From positions 31,434,001 through 31,498,000 of the forward strand of contig CM060731.1 in the NCBI GenBank assembly GCA_030704615.1: a stretch of 64,000 nt of DNA, written 5' to 3'. Each line of letters starts with the position of its first letter. The first letter of the stretch is position 1. A program made the translations under genes and the position numbers. The DNA is from Takakia lepidozioides (Eukaryota; Plantae; Bryophyta). The notes below the pieces were generated by a model. That model saw nothing but the letters and a program-made list of their open reading frames with translations, was not told the DNA's origin and ran no database searches. Shown one piece after another: positions 1 through 12,671 of the stretch.

Positions 1-677
1 TTCAAAGCTGTTATCAAGTCTCGAGATGGAACCATTAGCCAAATAATCCAAGCCTAAGCTGGAGCATGTAGCTTTAAAGGACACATCGTCCATCCTGGGA
101 TTCACCCCAAAATCTACACATGAAGCCCTAGGTTTGGCATGAGTAGCCAATTCCCAGGAATCACCCTGGGGAGTGTTGTTATTGATAAGAGGTAATGTAT
201 TGGTAGATTTCGCAGGCTATAAGTTTAAGCACAAGGACCAACCCTAGCCCAAGTGCCGAGTATGCTAGACAGAGCATACGACTGCCAAATTTGTGGGGAG
301 GGGCTGCCCCCAAGCGGTAGGGGTCCGCTTGTTACCATTCAGAGATCACTTCCAAAGGAGCTGCAGGGAATGGCCTGCGTAGGCATATTCTAAAGAGGGA
401 AAGGCCCCAAACTCTCCAACTAAATCCAGTGCACTACCTTACCTGAAGCAAAGCGCTTCAGGTCAAAACAAACAAAAACACGAGGTCACAAGGCCGGCAT
501 TTTAGTCAGAGACATTTATATACTCCTGTATCAAGTCCACTCAATGGCAATAGGCTTCCTAGAGGACAGGGAGAAGGCCAGTGAAGAGAAAGTAATTCAA
601 GGCATAGTTTTGTACGCCACAAGGTGTATTATTGAAAAGAATTATAAAAGAATAAAAAACTGAATGTACCATGGAGT

Positions 678-2567
678 TCAGCCTGGCATATGCATCATAA
701 TGCCGCGCTGGTAGCCCTGCCTTGAGAGGGTGGGCAACTTTTTGACAGCAATAATGCAGGCCAATAGAGCAGATACAGAGGCCAAACCAAAGGCAGGCTC
801 ATTCCCTCCTCCAAATACAGCATCCCAGGGCCCAGCTCCGAGTGCCACCACTGTCTGAGGGATCACAACGGCCAGATTAAGAATCCCCATAGCCAAACCT
901 TGACCTGCATCAGCATCAGCAGTCAAGTCTGCTGTCAATGAATAAGGAACACTGTATGTCACGGCGAGCGGGAAGCCAAGAATAGTAAAGAGGATGATTG
1001 CAGCTACTCTGACCCAGCTGGGGTGGAGGTAAATTCTCTGGTCCCCTCTATATGCCACTTTCACTGCTGATGCTGTGATAATAGCAGTGCATGCCATGGC
1101 CATAAATACAACGAAATTTCCCAAGGCCCACAAATTCTTTGCCCCAAGCTGGCGACACAGTGGATCTATGAACAGGGAGCTGACAAACAGCACTACTGAA
1201 TTGAGGAGTAAGCCGAGAGCTCCTTCTTGAACTCCGCGCTGATAGGAGGAGACCTTCAAGATATCACCCTTGGGGTCGCCTTGATAGACCTCACGACCCA
1301 TCCAATCAGTGTCGAAGAGGAAGAAAGGGAACCAGGATAACCAGCACAGTGCCATGACCAAAAGCACACTCTGCATGGAAGGAGGCAACTTCCTTATGCT
1401 CATCAAAAGGTTCACAACGATAGCCCCCGGTCCATTACCCATGCCTTTGAAGTCCGTGCTCTGTCGGTGCACTATTTCTCTTACACCTTCGTGCGTGTGC
1501 ACTACATTTTCGGTCTGGCTGGACCCATTCTGTTGGTGCAGGTCAACAGAAACCATTGCGAAATCGTGCAATGTCCCATTGCCCTGCTCATGGAATAATA
1601 GACGAACTGAGTCCTCTTGACGTTTGCTCTCATCAAACTCCCCTTCATCAGCCTTCTTCTCAATTGAATCTTTCTTTCCTAAAAACAATGGGGTCTCGTG
1701 AGCAGACACCAAAGTCACAACTGTGCAAACCGTCAGGAATACAACAGCCAAGAGGAAGGCAGCCTTTAGGTTTGCACAAGCCTCACAACAAGCTTTGCTT
1801 TCAAGCGTTGGAAACCATTTGTGCCATTTTCCAAAGGCACCTGTCGAAAACCCAAGAATGTTACCCACGGCCATCCACAAGCAGAAGATCGCATTTGCGG
1901 CATTCCTCTGGTCGGAACCCGAGAGATCAGCTAACAGTGCACGAGCTGGGCCCTGCACTGTATTATTCGCCAGATCTAGCAACCAAAACCCTAGAATAAA
2001 AACCCCAGCAGCCCGCAGTCGACGGCCCTTGAAGGTTTGGCAATCCTCGTGGGAATCCCCAAGCGCGTACCCAATATCTGCTGCATATCCTATGATGGTC
2101 ACGGCACATGCAATCATAACGACTCCTGCACAAATAAAAGGCCGCCTCCGCCCCCACTTTGATTCGCATTTATCGCTCCACAAGCCAATGCATGGTTGCA
2201 CAACAAGGCCGGTAATGGGACCACACAGCCATATGAACGATGAGAATTCGTGCTCTATGCCCAGCATCTGAATGTAGGGAGTAAGAAGGGACAATTGTAA
2301 AGCCCATCCAAACTGTACACCTGCTGCCACCATTGACGTCAGCACTAATTTTTGCAACCCCAGTTGCCCTGCCGAATCCTTGACGTCCTTGGATTGATCC
2401 AATCCATCCATCCCATCGGAATCGATTACCCTCCTCCTCTCAGACTCCGCGTCGGTCGAGCCTTCCAGCGAGGTATCAAATGTATGATCCTGCTCAATCT
2501 CCACAGATGCTGCTACGGTAGCAAGCTCGACTTGTGAGAGGATACACTCTCTGTCATCCACAGCCAT
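678..2567 (-). CDS. SUT2: Sucrose/H+ symporter, type II (SUT2/SUC3-like), single-exon CDS, 629 aa
   Basis: Uninterrupted ORF with SUT motifs GVQFGWALQLSLLTPY, LGIEH..SSFIWLCGPITG, GRRRPFI, GFWLLDLANNTVQGPARA, WFPFFLFDTDWMGREVY and GQGLAMGILNLAVVIPQ. The long acidic N-terminus and extended central loop are typical of the SUT2 clade. Confidence 0.93.
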   Translation of the reverse strand: MAVDDRECILSQVELATVAASVEIEQDHTFDTSLEGSTDAESERRRVIDSDGMDGLDQSKDVKDSAGQLGLQKLVLTSMVAAGVQFGWALQLSLLTPYIQMLGIEHEFSSFIWLCGPITGLVVQPCIGLWSDKCESKWGRRRPFICAGVVMIACAVTIIGYAADIGYALGDSHEDCQTFKGRRLRAAGVFILGFWLLDLANNTVQGPARALLADLSGSDQRNAANAIFCLWMAVGNILGFSTGAFGKWHKWFPTLESKACCEACANLKAAFLLAVVFLTVCTVVTLVSAHETPLFLGKKDSIEKKADEGEFDESKRQEDSVRLLFHEQGNGTLHDFAMVSVDLHQQNGSSQTENVVHTHEGVREIVHRQSTDFKGMGNGPGAIVVNLLMSIRKLPPSMQSVLLVMALCWLSWFPFFLFDTDWMGREVYQGDPKGDILKVSSYQRGVQEGALGLLLNSVVLFVSSLFIDPLCRQLGAKNLWALGNFVVFMAMACTAIITASAVKVAYRGDQRIYLHPSWVRVAAIILFTILGFPLAVTYSVPYSLTADLTADADAGQGLAMGILNLAVVIPQTVVALGAGPWDAVFGGGNEPAFGLASVSALLACIIAVKKLPTLSRQGYQRGIMMHMPG

Positions 2568-3339
2568 TCTTCCACTACGGTAGGGTTGTCTCCAGAATTA
2601 AACAACTTATCCTCAGATCTGTCGAACAATCTTCACATACCAAAAATTCATAACGTGCATTCGTCCATAATGTGAGATCTGCTCCTCCACTCATGGTTTA
2701 ACAACCAAGGCGGGATATATCTACTAAAAATGAGCCCAATAGGAGAAGGAGAGAGAAGAAACAGGAAGCAATGCACGTAAGTAGTATCTTAAATTCCTTC
2801 ATGGAAACCTGGCCATCTGATAACTCACAAAAGGGCTTGCAGAGCTCAAGGAGTCGCACTTGACACAAATCGAATGGGTTGTTGAATGTATGATAGAGTG
2901 CTCTCCAGAGTTTCCGCCTGTTTTCTCCTTTGTATACGCAGGACGCTTATGTCAGAATTCCACTTCGGTTCCTTCAATTTTTGTAAGCAACCTTCGCAAC
3001 CTCAAGTTCAGGAAGGGCCTCGGGATTGAGCCATCCATTGTCACTCACTCCATGACTGCACAGTCACCTTACCACACGAACTTGGGTAGCACGTAGGCAT
3101 AAACGACTATTGTATGGAATACAAAATGACCGCTTCCATTTCCAAGTCAACTTTGCCTAATTGCCAATAAACTTCATTTCCGATGGAGAAGACTATGCTT
3201 ATCCAACGAGTTGAATGCAGCCTTGCCGGTACGGTCGCCGGGCATGGCTGTACCGGCAACGTTCCGGCTGGGCGCACTGTCAAATCCCCAAACACCCCCC
3301 CCCCCCTTCCCAACTCTCCCCTCTCACTTGCGAGCCTGT

Positions 3340-6300
3340 ATTCTAGGATAAAACATTAAAAAATCAGAGATTGGGCAAGAACTTGGCTAGGTGATGTGCG
3401 GTACAATAATGAGGTTGGACGTTCAAATCTAAGCCCAAAATCTTGAAGGGAGACGGCTGCTGCAGCTGCAGATCACTTTGCCAAGCTCTTTTCTGTTTCT
3501 CAAAAGGAAGTTAACCTGCTGGAATTTCGTTTTGAGGTTATCCACTCCTTCCCAAGTCTTCTCTCTATCGACGAGCAGAATGCCCTTGTTGTTCCCTTTC
3601 TTTCTAATGAGTTGTTGGACGCTGCAGAAGCGCTGAGTACGCTTAAGACTCCAGGTCTAGATGGACTGCTTGTGGAATTCTTCACTGCCTTGTGGAAAGA
3701 GGCTGGGGAAGACTTTATGCGAATGGCCAATGATATTTTGACTAAAGGGATCCTGGCCTTCACAACTGGCACAAAGAGTCATCACCCTGGTTCATAAAAA
3801 ATGTGACTGAGAGCTTCTTTCAAACTATAGATGTATCACCTTGTTGAACTCTACTTACAAAATAATTGCAAAGGCTTTTGCTCGCCGTTTGCAACCCTTG
3901 TTACATAAGCTCACCAGAGCAGTCAGGATTTCTAAAAAACAGAATGATTCTTGATAACATTCTTATTACCAATGAGGCGTTGCATCTGGCTCGCATTGGT
4001 AACCAGCCTCTAGCTCTGTTAATGTTGGACTTCGAAAAAATCTTTGATAACATTAATTGGGACTATATTTTGAAAGCCCTAGAAGCTGTTGGTATCAAAA
4101 AGAACTTCCTTAAGTGGATTCAATCCTTCTTTCTGCAGCTTCCGGTAGAGTGGTGTCAATGGTATGGTATCCAAACCCTTCCCTCTGTTCAAATTTGTAA
4201 GACAAGGGTGTCCGCTGTCCCCCTTTCTTTTTCTTATAACAGCAAATCGGTAGTTGCAGGCATAGTAAAATCACAACTCAATATTTCATACAAGTTTATA
4301 CGGACTAAGATTTATAACTATAGTAGAGACATACTCCAATTTTTTTTATTGTAAAAAAGATCATCTATGAAACAGCTATGGACTCTTAAAGTTGAATCTT
4401 ATGGACTGCAATATTATACATGAAAAACCATATGGACTAAAAAAACATCATATACACCTAAGTCATAGCAGAAAGGAAAACATTAGGGGTGCCATTTTTT
4501 AAAGCTACCCAAATGCACTTTTATATGGACTAATAACATCAAGGAATGAGAGGTATGGACTAATTTATACTAAACACCAGGCCCAAACTAGGCCTATTTT
4601 CTCTAATGTACATCATCCTCATTTAGAGGCTTTTGGGATATCATCATTACTAAAAAGGTGTAAAAACCCATAATCTAGAGTGCCAAGTGATATATGGAAA
4701 ACACTCCAAAATCTCTAATTATTAGAAATAAAAAATAGTTTCTATTTTTCATAATTAAATACTAAAATTTTTAATAATTATTTTTTAGCTTATTTGGGGT
4801 AGGACTTTTTACTAAAAGTGTTAAATATATCATATCTACATCTAAAATTAAATTATTTGGATAAATTCCCTCAATTTGAGGTATCTATATAGACTTTCAT
4901 GGAGGAAAAATCTGCCTCTTTTGGTCCACCGTACCCTGCAACTCTATGGTTTGGGTCACTTACTGGATAAGAGGAAAGACTCATTGGGTCTAATTCCCCG
5001 AATGATTTTTTCTCTTCCATTCGTTTTTTGCTATATACTGATGACACATTCTTGTTCATTAACAACTCTTCTCTTTCCAATGTCAATGCGGTACTCAACT
5101 CGTTGAAGGCATTATGTGCAGCCTCGGGTCTCAAAATCAACTGGAATAAATCTGTTGGTTTATTAAGTCAACTGGCAAACCCCTCTGTTGCAATACACAT
5201 TGCCCCATGGGGCATTGAATTTGGTTTGAGATGGCTCTCGGATGGGAAATCGGTGCATGAGCTCTTAGGTCAGTTGGTGGGAATTGATCTCTTAGATGAT
5301 ACCAGGTTTGCTGCTGTCCTTACAAAACTAAAAAAGAAGCTTGCACATTGGTGTTCCCTGCATCTGTCTCTCGTTGGTAGAGCTTTAATTGTTAACCAAG
5401 TGCTTTTGGCTTCACTGTGGTTTTTGGCTTCGGTTTGGTCGCCGTGAGCTCTCATTATAAAAAAACTTAAATCCCTCATGAGGAATTTGATTTGGGGTGC
5501 TACTCCCACTGCCTCATCCAAAAGAGCTTTGGTAAGCTAGGACCAGTTGACACAAAGCAAAAAAAATGGGGGTCTGGGGGTGTTAGACCCCCAAGCGCAA
5601 ATCACAGCCTTGCTTGCTAAATGGGTTCCCCGTGCACTTACTCACATTTCCAGCCCTTGGAGTCGGTTGGTTAGAATTGAACTTTCTGGCTGCCACTCCT
5701 CGTTCTAGTGATAAATGGGCTCATTCACTTAGGTGGATCATGTAAGGTGGGAAGCTCAATGAAAACCCTGGGTTGGGTTCAAGGGCGTGGCAGTCAATCT
5801 GGATGGCATGGTGCAAATTACGTCCCTTCTTGGTTCAGCTAAGTCTCTCATTCTTCAGTCAGGTATTGAGACAACCTCTCTTTGGGAATTATAACCGGGA
5901 TAAAGAGGCTCTGATTCATTGTTCTAAACGGTGGGCAGAATGGGAAGCTGCAGGTTTGGCCCACCTTCTGCATTTCTGGGATGACAACTTTGTGTCCCTT
6001 ATCTCTCCTGAATCTACTGCACAGCAGCTATCCAAGCAAAGGGTTGATACTGGCTGGAATGCAGTTATGGGAGATCTCCCTGACAATTGGACAAGACTAC
6101 TTGCTGAACCTCACCTGCAGCTAGTTGGGGTATTATGTGGTCTCCTAACCCAAGGCCATTTATACAATTGCAAAGGATAACTCTGGAATACATGGTACTG
6201 GTTTTGAGGTTAATAAAGATGGTAACCTCCTCTCTCCAAAGTCAATGAGTATTCTAGAAAGCTGCAACTGCTTTGAAATAGGGTTTTTTTGTAAGCTTTC

Positions 6301-6888
6301 AGGCAATCCCTATCCATTGCCTCCGATGGATTTGAAACAATATGGTAAGAATTTCTGCTGGTTTTTATCTGCCCCCCTTAAGCTGCTCCAGTTTGACCCA
6401 GGGGAGTGGTTATGGATGAATAAGGGACATGACCCCTTGATCTTCAAATATTCGGTTAAGATGGGGTACAATTTGTTGATGCCTAAAAGAGGTTTTGACC
6501 GTAAGTGGTCTAAAAAATGGCAGCATCTGCCTGGACCTGTGGTGCCGTGGAAACTGGTTTGGGGAGACACCTGGAAAAAACACATATCAGCTAAGATAAC
6601 GGCTTTCCTGTGGAAGGTGGTTAATAGAATCTTGCCAGTGGCGGCTAAACTTTGAAGATTCACTTTTGCGTGTGTGTTTCTTGCAACCTGGCTACCGATG
6701 AAAACTTGGAACATGCCTTGGTGTTGTGCCCTTTCGCTCAGGCTATTTGGGACAAGGCCCTTTGTCTATACTCTTTCTGGTCTTCTGACTTGGATTCATC
6801 TCCGTTTGTCTTGCTGCTCAATGTTAAGAATGGAAGAATGCACTCTTCTTGTCCAGTGTGGGAATCTCTCAGGGGGGTAATCGTTTGG
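3340..6888 (+). mobile_element. Degenerate, 5'-truncated L1-clade LINE (ORF2: RT, post-RT region, zf-RVT)
   Basis: Frameshifted motifs in order: KTPGLDGL..EFF, EQSGFL..R.ILDNI, LDFEK.FD...W, GCPLSPFLF, LYTDD, LSL.GRALIVNQVL, FLWKV..R.LP..C..C...E..EHAL..C. Interrupted at 4247-4946 and cut at 6888 by a Copia LTR. The left boundary is approximate. Confidence 0.88.
4247..4946. mobile_element. 700-bp AT-rich non-autonomous DNA element (MITE-like) inserted in the LINE RT
   Basis: Removing it rejoins the LINE frame (PFLFLITAN|GLGHLL). The ends carry imperfect inverted repeats (agttgcagg at 4252-4260, cctgcaact at 4935-4943). No clear TSD. Confidence 0.7.
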
Positions 6889-7169
6889 TGTAGAACGCAA
6901 TACTTCATGCGAACTCTGACGACTCATACACGACTGACTCAGTATCTCATACAAGCCAGAATTAATCAAATGATCTCTTGAACTAACCAGATCAATGTAC
7001 AACGAATACACTGCGACTAGTGCAGGACTATTCAGCACGGCCTTCTTGTCTGAGGAGCTAGTCTAAACACCAGCAGATGAAAGGCAAGAAGAGAGCTAAA
7101 CTCACCGGGGAAGACGAGCAGTGGTTCCCCCCCTGGTTACGTCAATGTGTCGATGTTGGTGCGTATACA
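6889..7169 (-). repeat. Copia 3' LTR (about 281 bp)
   Basis: Begins TGTAGAACGCA exactly where LINE homology stops and ends TGCGTATACA (imperfect terminal inverted repeat), 31 bp from the RNase H stop codon. Confidence 0.65.
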
Positions 7170-8657
7170 CCTACCATTGGTAAGTCTTCCAAGACTCGCA
7201 TCATACATCGGCAGCTGGACTCATGCCCAGCAAGCCTCGCAAACGTTCGAATCGATCACGTGGGAGGGGATTAGTCAGCAGATCGGCAACCTGATCCTTA
7301 GTGTTGATGTAGTTAACACAAATCTGACCTGTGACATGGGCCTCCCGGATGATGTGATACTTCACATCAATATGCTTTGTTCGGCGATGAAATTCTGGAT
7401 TTCGAACAAGCCTGATAGCGGCCTGGTTGTCGGACCAAAGTGGCGTTGGTCGCATTTGGTCATAGTTGAGATCGCCTAGCAGTCGGCGTGTCCAAATGAT
7501 CTCCTGTGTCGCTAGATGAGCAGCGACGGACTCAGCTTCAGTAGTGCTCCCTGCTATGCATCATTGCTTACGGGACCCCATGATATTGGCCCACCATTCA
7601 ATGTGAGCACAAAACCTGATCGCGACTTTCGATCATCGATCCGCATCGAGCACGTACCATGCAGATACTTCATTATCCACTTGACTGTGTTTACATGAGG
7701 GGTTCTTGGTTTCACTGTGAACTTGGCTGCATGTGCCACTACATATGAAATATCAAACCTTGTCCCAAGTTGAGCGAACTGGAGACTTCCAATTACCTCG
7801 GAATAAGAAAAATCAGTATCCACCTCGCTTCCATCTGTCATGTGCACGCTTAGATTGGTGACACTGTTTGGGTCAGCAGCAATCGTCAATGAGCTGCACT
7901 GGTCGAACCCGTACTTCTTCAGCTTGGATAAAATATACCGGGTCTGATCAATGTGAATGGTTCTCTACTCCTGTACTCTAACAATGTGAAGTCCAACATA
8001 CACTTCTGGGTATCTTGTTGTTATCTTGAATGCCTTACCCATGTATGAGATGATTGTGTCCATTCGCTTCTATCTGACGCTGATAGCCATTCCGTCATCG
8101 ACAAAGATGGTGATGATCAATCGTGGCTCAGTTGTGCTGTAGTAAACACATCCATCTGCGGTAGTTGCCACAAGGCTGTATTGGTTAAGAAATGAGTTAA
8201 ACTTCTGATTCCATACCTTGGATGACTGACGAAGTCCAGATAGCGCCTTCCGCAGCCTGCATACTTTCCCAACCTGGTCAGGATCCTCAAACCCAATTGG
8301 CTGCGTCAAATATATCTCCTCCTCAATTTCTCCGTAGAGAAATGTTGTCTGAACATCGAACTGCGTGATATTCATATCCTCAGCTGCGACGATAGAAAGT
8401 ACTGTTTGTATGGAATCAAATTTGATGATCAGGCTGTAGGTTTCCGTATAATCTACCCCCTCCTTCTGGGTAAATCCTTTGGCAACCAAACGAGCGTTGT
8501 AGCGATCCACGCTTCCATCAACTGACACTTTCAGCATGTAAACCCATTTGTTCTTTACGTTTCTTCTGCCCTTCGGTAATTCCTGGTACTCCCATGTACC
8601 GTTTTCCATTAACGAATCGAACTCTTCTTTCATAGCTTGCTCCCACCGCTCACGCTG

Positions 8658-10176
8658 GAGGGAAGCTAGCGTGTGAGCGCTTAACGCACTAAGCGTGAGC
8701 ACATAAGGGAAGTGGAGCCTATAGACGTGGAAAAAACAGGACTTATTGTCGTGGGGGCAATGTTGAGTGGAACGAAGGGTAACATACGATGCCTAGGACC
8801 TAAGAAGGGTAACATACGATGCCTAGGACCTAAGACGTCGAGTTCCATGCATGAAAATTTGAGAGGAATGTGTGGCGAAATTCTTAAGGATTAATGGCTA
8901 TGTGGAATGGATGAATGTAGGATGAATACAAGGTGACAAAAGATGGATGAATGAAGCATGGATGACAGCAACACGAGGTTAATTTCGAAGAACTTGAAAT
9001 CAACCTTGTATCAACACGAGGTTGATTTCCGAGTGGAAGTGGATGTTTATTTTATTTTATTTAGGGAAAAAAGATGCTTTCATTTCTCAAATCAAGGTTG
9101 CGTCAACGCAAGGTTGATTTGCATCCTGCGAATTCAATTTTTTTTTTTGTTTTTTTTTTGTTTTTGAGAAAAATGATGCTTTCATTCCTCAAATCAATCT
9201 TGCGTCAACGCAAGGTTGATTTGCATCGGGCGTTTAATTTTATTTTAATTTTAATTTTTTTTAGGGGAAAAAGATGTTTTCATTTCTCAAATCAAGGTTG
9301 CGTTGACGCAAGGTTGATTTACATGACCGAAAAAACAAAAAAATAAAATAAAATAATGAGAAATGAAAGCATTATTTTTCAAAAAAACAAAATTTATTAA
9401 AAAAACAAATTGGAGTCGTAGGATGCAAAACAACCTTGCGTTGACGCAACCTTGATTTGAGAAATGAAAACATACTTTTTTCCCAAAAAAAACGTTGAAG
9501 TCGCATGATGCAAATCAACCTTGCATTGACGCAACCTTGATTTGAGAAATGAAAGTATTTTTTTTGCACTGTATTTTACATTTTGTATAGGACACAATGA
9601 AGGTTGCCTTAACACAACCTTGATTATGCTATGGATTTCAATCGCCTCTTTCGGGGAATAAATCTTCGTCTTGCTTAGTGTTTCGTGTCTTCTAGTCTTT
9701 TAGGAAGTTCAGGGATCAACCTTGCATCAACACGACATTGATTACAAGGGGGTTTAATGGGAATTAACAAGCACCTGCTGCATCTGTGTTTTCTGAGTGT
9801 ATGGTTCAGGTACATCTACCATATCCTCATTCCGGGGAAGTACCTGAGCGATGACCCTCGATAATACATCCAGTCTTTAACCATCCATTCATCCATTGTT
9901 CATGCATTGCGAAGCATATATCTATCCATCAGTTATCTCGCATTCAACCATTCATGAATTATTCCTCCATCATTCATCCAGCATTCATCCAGCAGTCATC
10001 CAAGTACGCATGATATGTACACTCATTCCCACGGAAATAGGTCTCCCGGGGCTTCTTCATCCGCGATTGTAGGCCCATGCACCCTATTACGTGAGCATCT
10101 TTTCGCTCACGGATTGGCATCTTCCCGCTCACGCATCTTTCCGCTCACGTGAGCTGCTCACGGACTAGCATGCCCC
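8658..10176. mobile_element. Non-autonomous Mutator-like (MULE)/foldback element, 1519 bp
   Basis: 9-bp TSD ctcacgctg (8649-8657) / ctcacgttg (10177-10185). G-starting imperfect TIRs GAGGGAAGCTAGCGTGTGAGC vs GGGGCATGCTAGTCCGTGAGC. Excision restores the Copia peptide EEAIRSPQRERWEQAMKEE. Confidence 0.85.
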
Positions 10177-11406
10177 CTCACGTTGGGGGGATCTTATCGC
10201 CTCTTCAAACGACTCAGGTTCATCGGGTATATCAACTGTACTGAACGTTGCGCAGGCATAATTGTTGTGGTCTATGGGGTATATCCAGTCCACATGTCTT
10301 TGTGGCGGTCGTCTCGATCTTGGTGCATTCTCTGGTACTGGAATGTCGACCTCTACAACCATGATCTGTGACTCTTCCTCTGCCTCTGCATGGGACGCTT
10401 CTGCTTCTAATGTCCACCAACTTGTATAGTCACTGCTGGGGCTGGTTGCTGTTGCGCTGACATCATAACCCATGTTGCTCCAATGTCCTCTTGTAATGGA
10501 TAGTCTCTTGGACCACCCACAATCTCGTTATCAAAAATATGTACCAAGTCTCCGCTGCTCTCTGTGGAGTTCTCCTCGTTTGTTGTGCTATTGGGATTGT
10601 TCGGCACTACAGGGCTGGACATCAAGCTCATCTTGAGCTTGCAAATATTCATGTTGGCCAACGACCTGCGGCATAACTCCCACTGCTGGAACGCATAAAA
10701 GTCCCATAGCTCCATGTCCTCCTGCTGCTCTTGGCAATTGACCAACTCCCACTGTTCCATATGCTAATGGCGCAATCTGGCCCATGTCTGCTATCTCTAA
10801 GATCTCATGCATGACTCGGCCTTCTCCATTTGATGTTGGGTCATGCACAGGGGTTTCATCGAACAACACATCTCTGCTTTCAACGATCTTTCTTGAGTTG
10901 ATGTCCCATAGTCTATAATCCTTGCTTGTATCATAATAGCCCATCAGTATGGTTTTCTTTGCTTTGGCCATCAACTTATGCCTAGTCTCATTTGGCACAT
11001 GGTAGTATGCATTTGAGCCAAAAACTCGAATATGTGCAACAAAGGGCTTCATCCTGTACCAGGCCTCAAAGGGCATCATCCCCTCTACTGTTCTTGTTCT
11101 CGTTCTATTCATAATGTAGACTACTAAGTTCACTGCTTCACCCCAAAACCTGATATGTATGTTGCTAGCATGCAACATGCTCCTGGTTGCTTTGACAATC
11201 GTCCTATTGTCTGGTTCAGAAGCACCATTTTGCTCTGGTGTGTAACTGGTCGTTAGTTCTTGTCTTACTCTCAGTTCAACAAGATACCCTGTGAACTCAT
11301 TTCCAAGATCTATATTCACCTCCCCCTATCACTTCTTAGGATCTTCAGCTTGTGCCTAGTCTCTCATTGAAGCTGTCCAACGAACCTCTTCAGACATCCC
11401 AAGACT

Positions 11407-12671
11407 TCTTGGGGTAGAAGCATGGTACGGGCCATCCAAAAGCGGCAACTTGCAGTCCATAAAAAATGGACATATGAAGTAGAAAACGCAGCACGCGGGA
11501 ACGAAGTCGGAAAAAGTTGAATTTATTGTAGCCGTTGATTGTTTTTGTACATCAAGTTATAACCGTCGATTGGAGGTCGCCTTCATCGGGGGGTGGCTAG
11601 AAGATGGCTGGTCGCGTTGGGCTAGACTGAAGCGCGGGGACGACGAGCTGCCATGTATGATGCGCGATGCGCAACTAGAGGCTAGCTAGGACGTACAAGT
11701 TGATTGGGATTGGGAATGTGAAGAGATTGGGAAGAGATTGGGAATGTTTGATCACAAAAGTTTGCTTACCATTTTGTAAGATTTTTAGGGTTTAGCTTGT
11801 GATTGTTTCATCAACTCTACGCATGCGTGAAGTTCATTTTCATTTATGTGTTTCTATGGGCGCACTTGGGTGGTGGTAGCAGAGGAAGCGGGCGATGTGA
11901 GCAGAGCTTATAAAGTGCAACATTGTGTGTTGCTGCCATAGCAGCAGAGGCACGAGGGTAGAGGAGTAGAGGAGGAGCTTGGGCGGGGGTGCTCGGGTGT
12001 GCCATCGCTGGAAAAGCACTTGATTGTTGCTGACTCTACCCTTGGTAAGTTTCTTTCAAGTTCGTGGCCAGTCGATTTGGTGTGCGGCATATCTGGAATT
12101 AGGTTCCTGCAAGCATGAATGTTTCTGTCGTAGCGCCTGGAAAGAGATGGCAGATTGCCATCCAAATGATGATCATGACTAGTAACTTTCCACTTGAACT
12201 CTACAAGTACGAGCCACCGTTGCGATCTTTCATGCCTGATTCTATACTTCTTGCATTGTGCATTTGAACACAGTGGTTAATTGCTTTTCTTGAATCTTGA
12301 TAGTGATGTCTGTTTTGTTTATCATTCTCTATGGTGTGTTCCTTGTTGGGTTGGTATTTCTCCATTTTTTTCCCTGCCCAGAGAAGGATATACTTACGTC
12401 TTGTTAGTGAGTCTAGTTGAGCTAATTTTTGGAGCTACCTGCTAGCAATTCATGTTGTAAAACCCTAAAAATTTAGGCTACACAGTCATTCATACATGAC
12501 AGTTTGTATGTGACCATTACGGTGAGGGTACCTGCACGATGATTGATCACAAAAGTCTACTTACTATTACCTTTGTGAGGGGCTCACTCCAGTAGTTGGA
12601 TCTACCTTGATATAAACAATTGGTTGCATCAATGTGCTGTGACTGAGCTACCTAGCAATTAGACCCCAACA
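11407..12671. mobile_element. Probable solo LTR (about 1265 bp)
   Basis: Termini TCTTGGGGT (one mismatch from TGTTGGGGT) and ACCCCAACA fall exactly where Copia integrase homology (left) and LINE homology (right) end. Non-coding, with a TATAAA near 11909. Flanks do not form a clean TSD (agact/ggacc). Confidence 0.55.

Larger units (their letters stand above)
6889..11406 (-). mobile_element. Degenerate Ty1/Copia LTR retrotransposon (integrase-RT-RNase H plus 3' LTR); gag, protease and 5' LTR missing
   Basis: Integrase (ILRSDRG, TTSYTPEQNG, FWGEAV, 10588-11400), RT (KWVY, RYNARLVAKGFTQKEGVDY, FVDD, 8070-8650) and RNase H (SDNQAAI..NPEFH.RTKHID, QVADLLT, 7201-7455), in Copia order, with frameshifts. 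Confidence 0.93.

Noticed and set aside
311-331. Hairpin caagcgg-taggggt-ccgcttg as a Helitron 3' end
   Set aside because: No downstream CTRR terminus and no identifiable 5' end in the window.
1309-2271. Antisense ORFs over SUT2 (likewise over TPLATE, SPP and the GRF gene)
   Set aside because: Shadow ORFs of real coding exons with no independent motifs.
9078-9555. 47-bp partly palindromic repeats with spacers, resembling a CRISPR array
   Set aside because: Spacers are poly-T or poly-A, orientation flips mid-array, there are no cas genes, and the array sits inside a TSD-bounded transposon in plant DNA.
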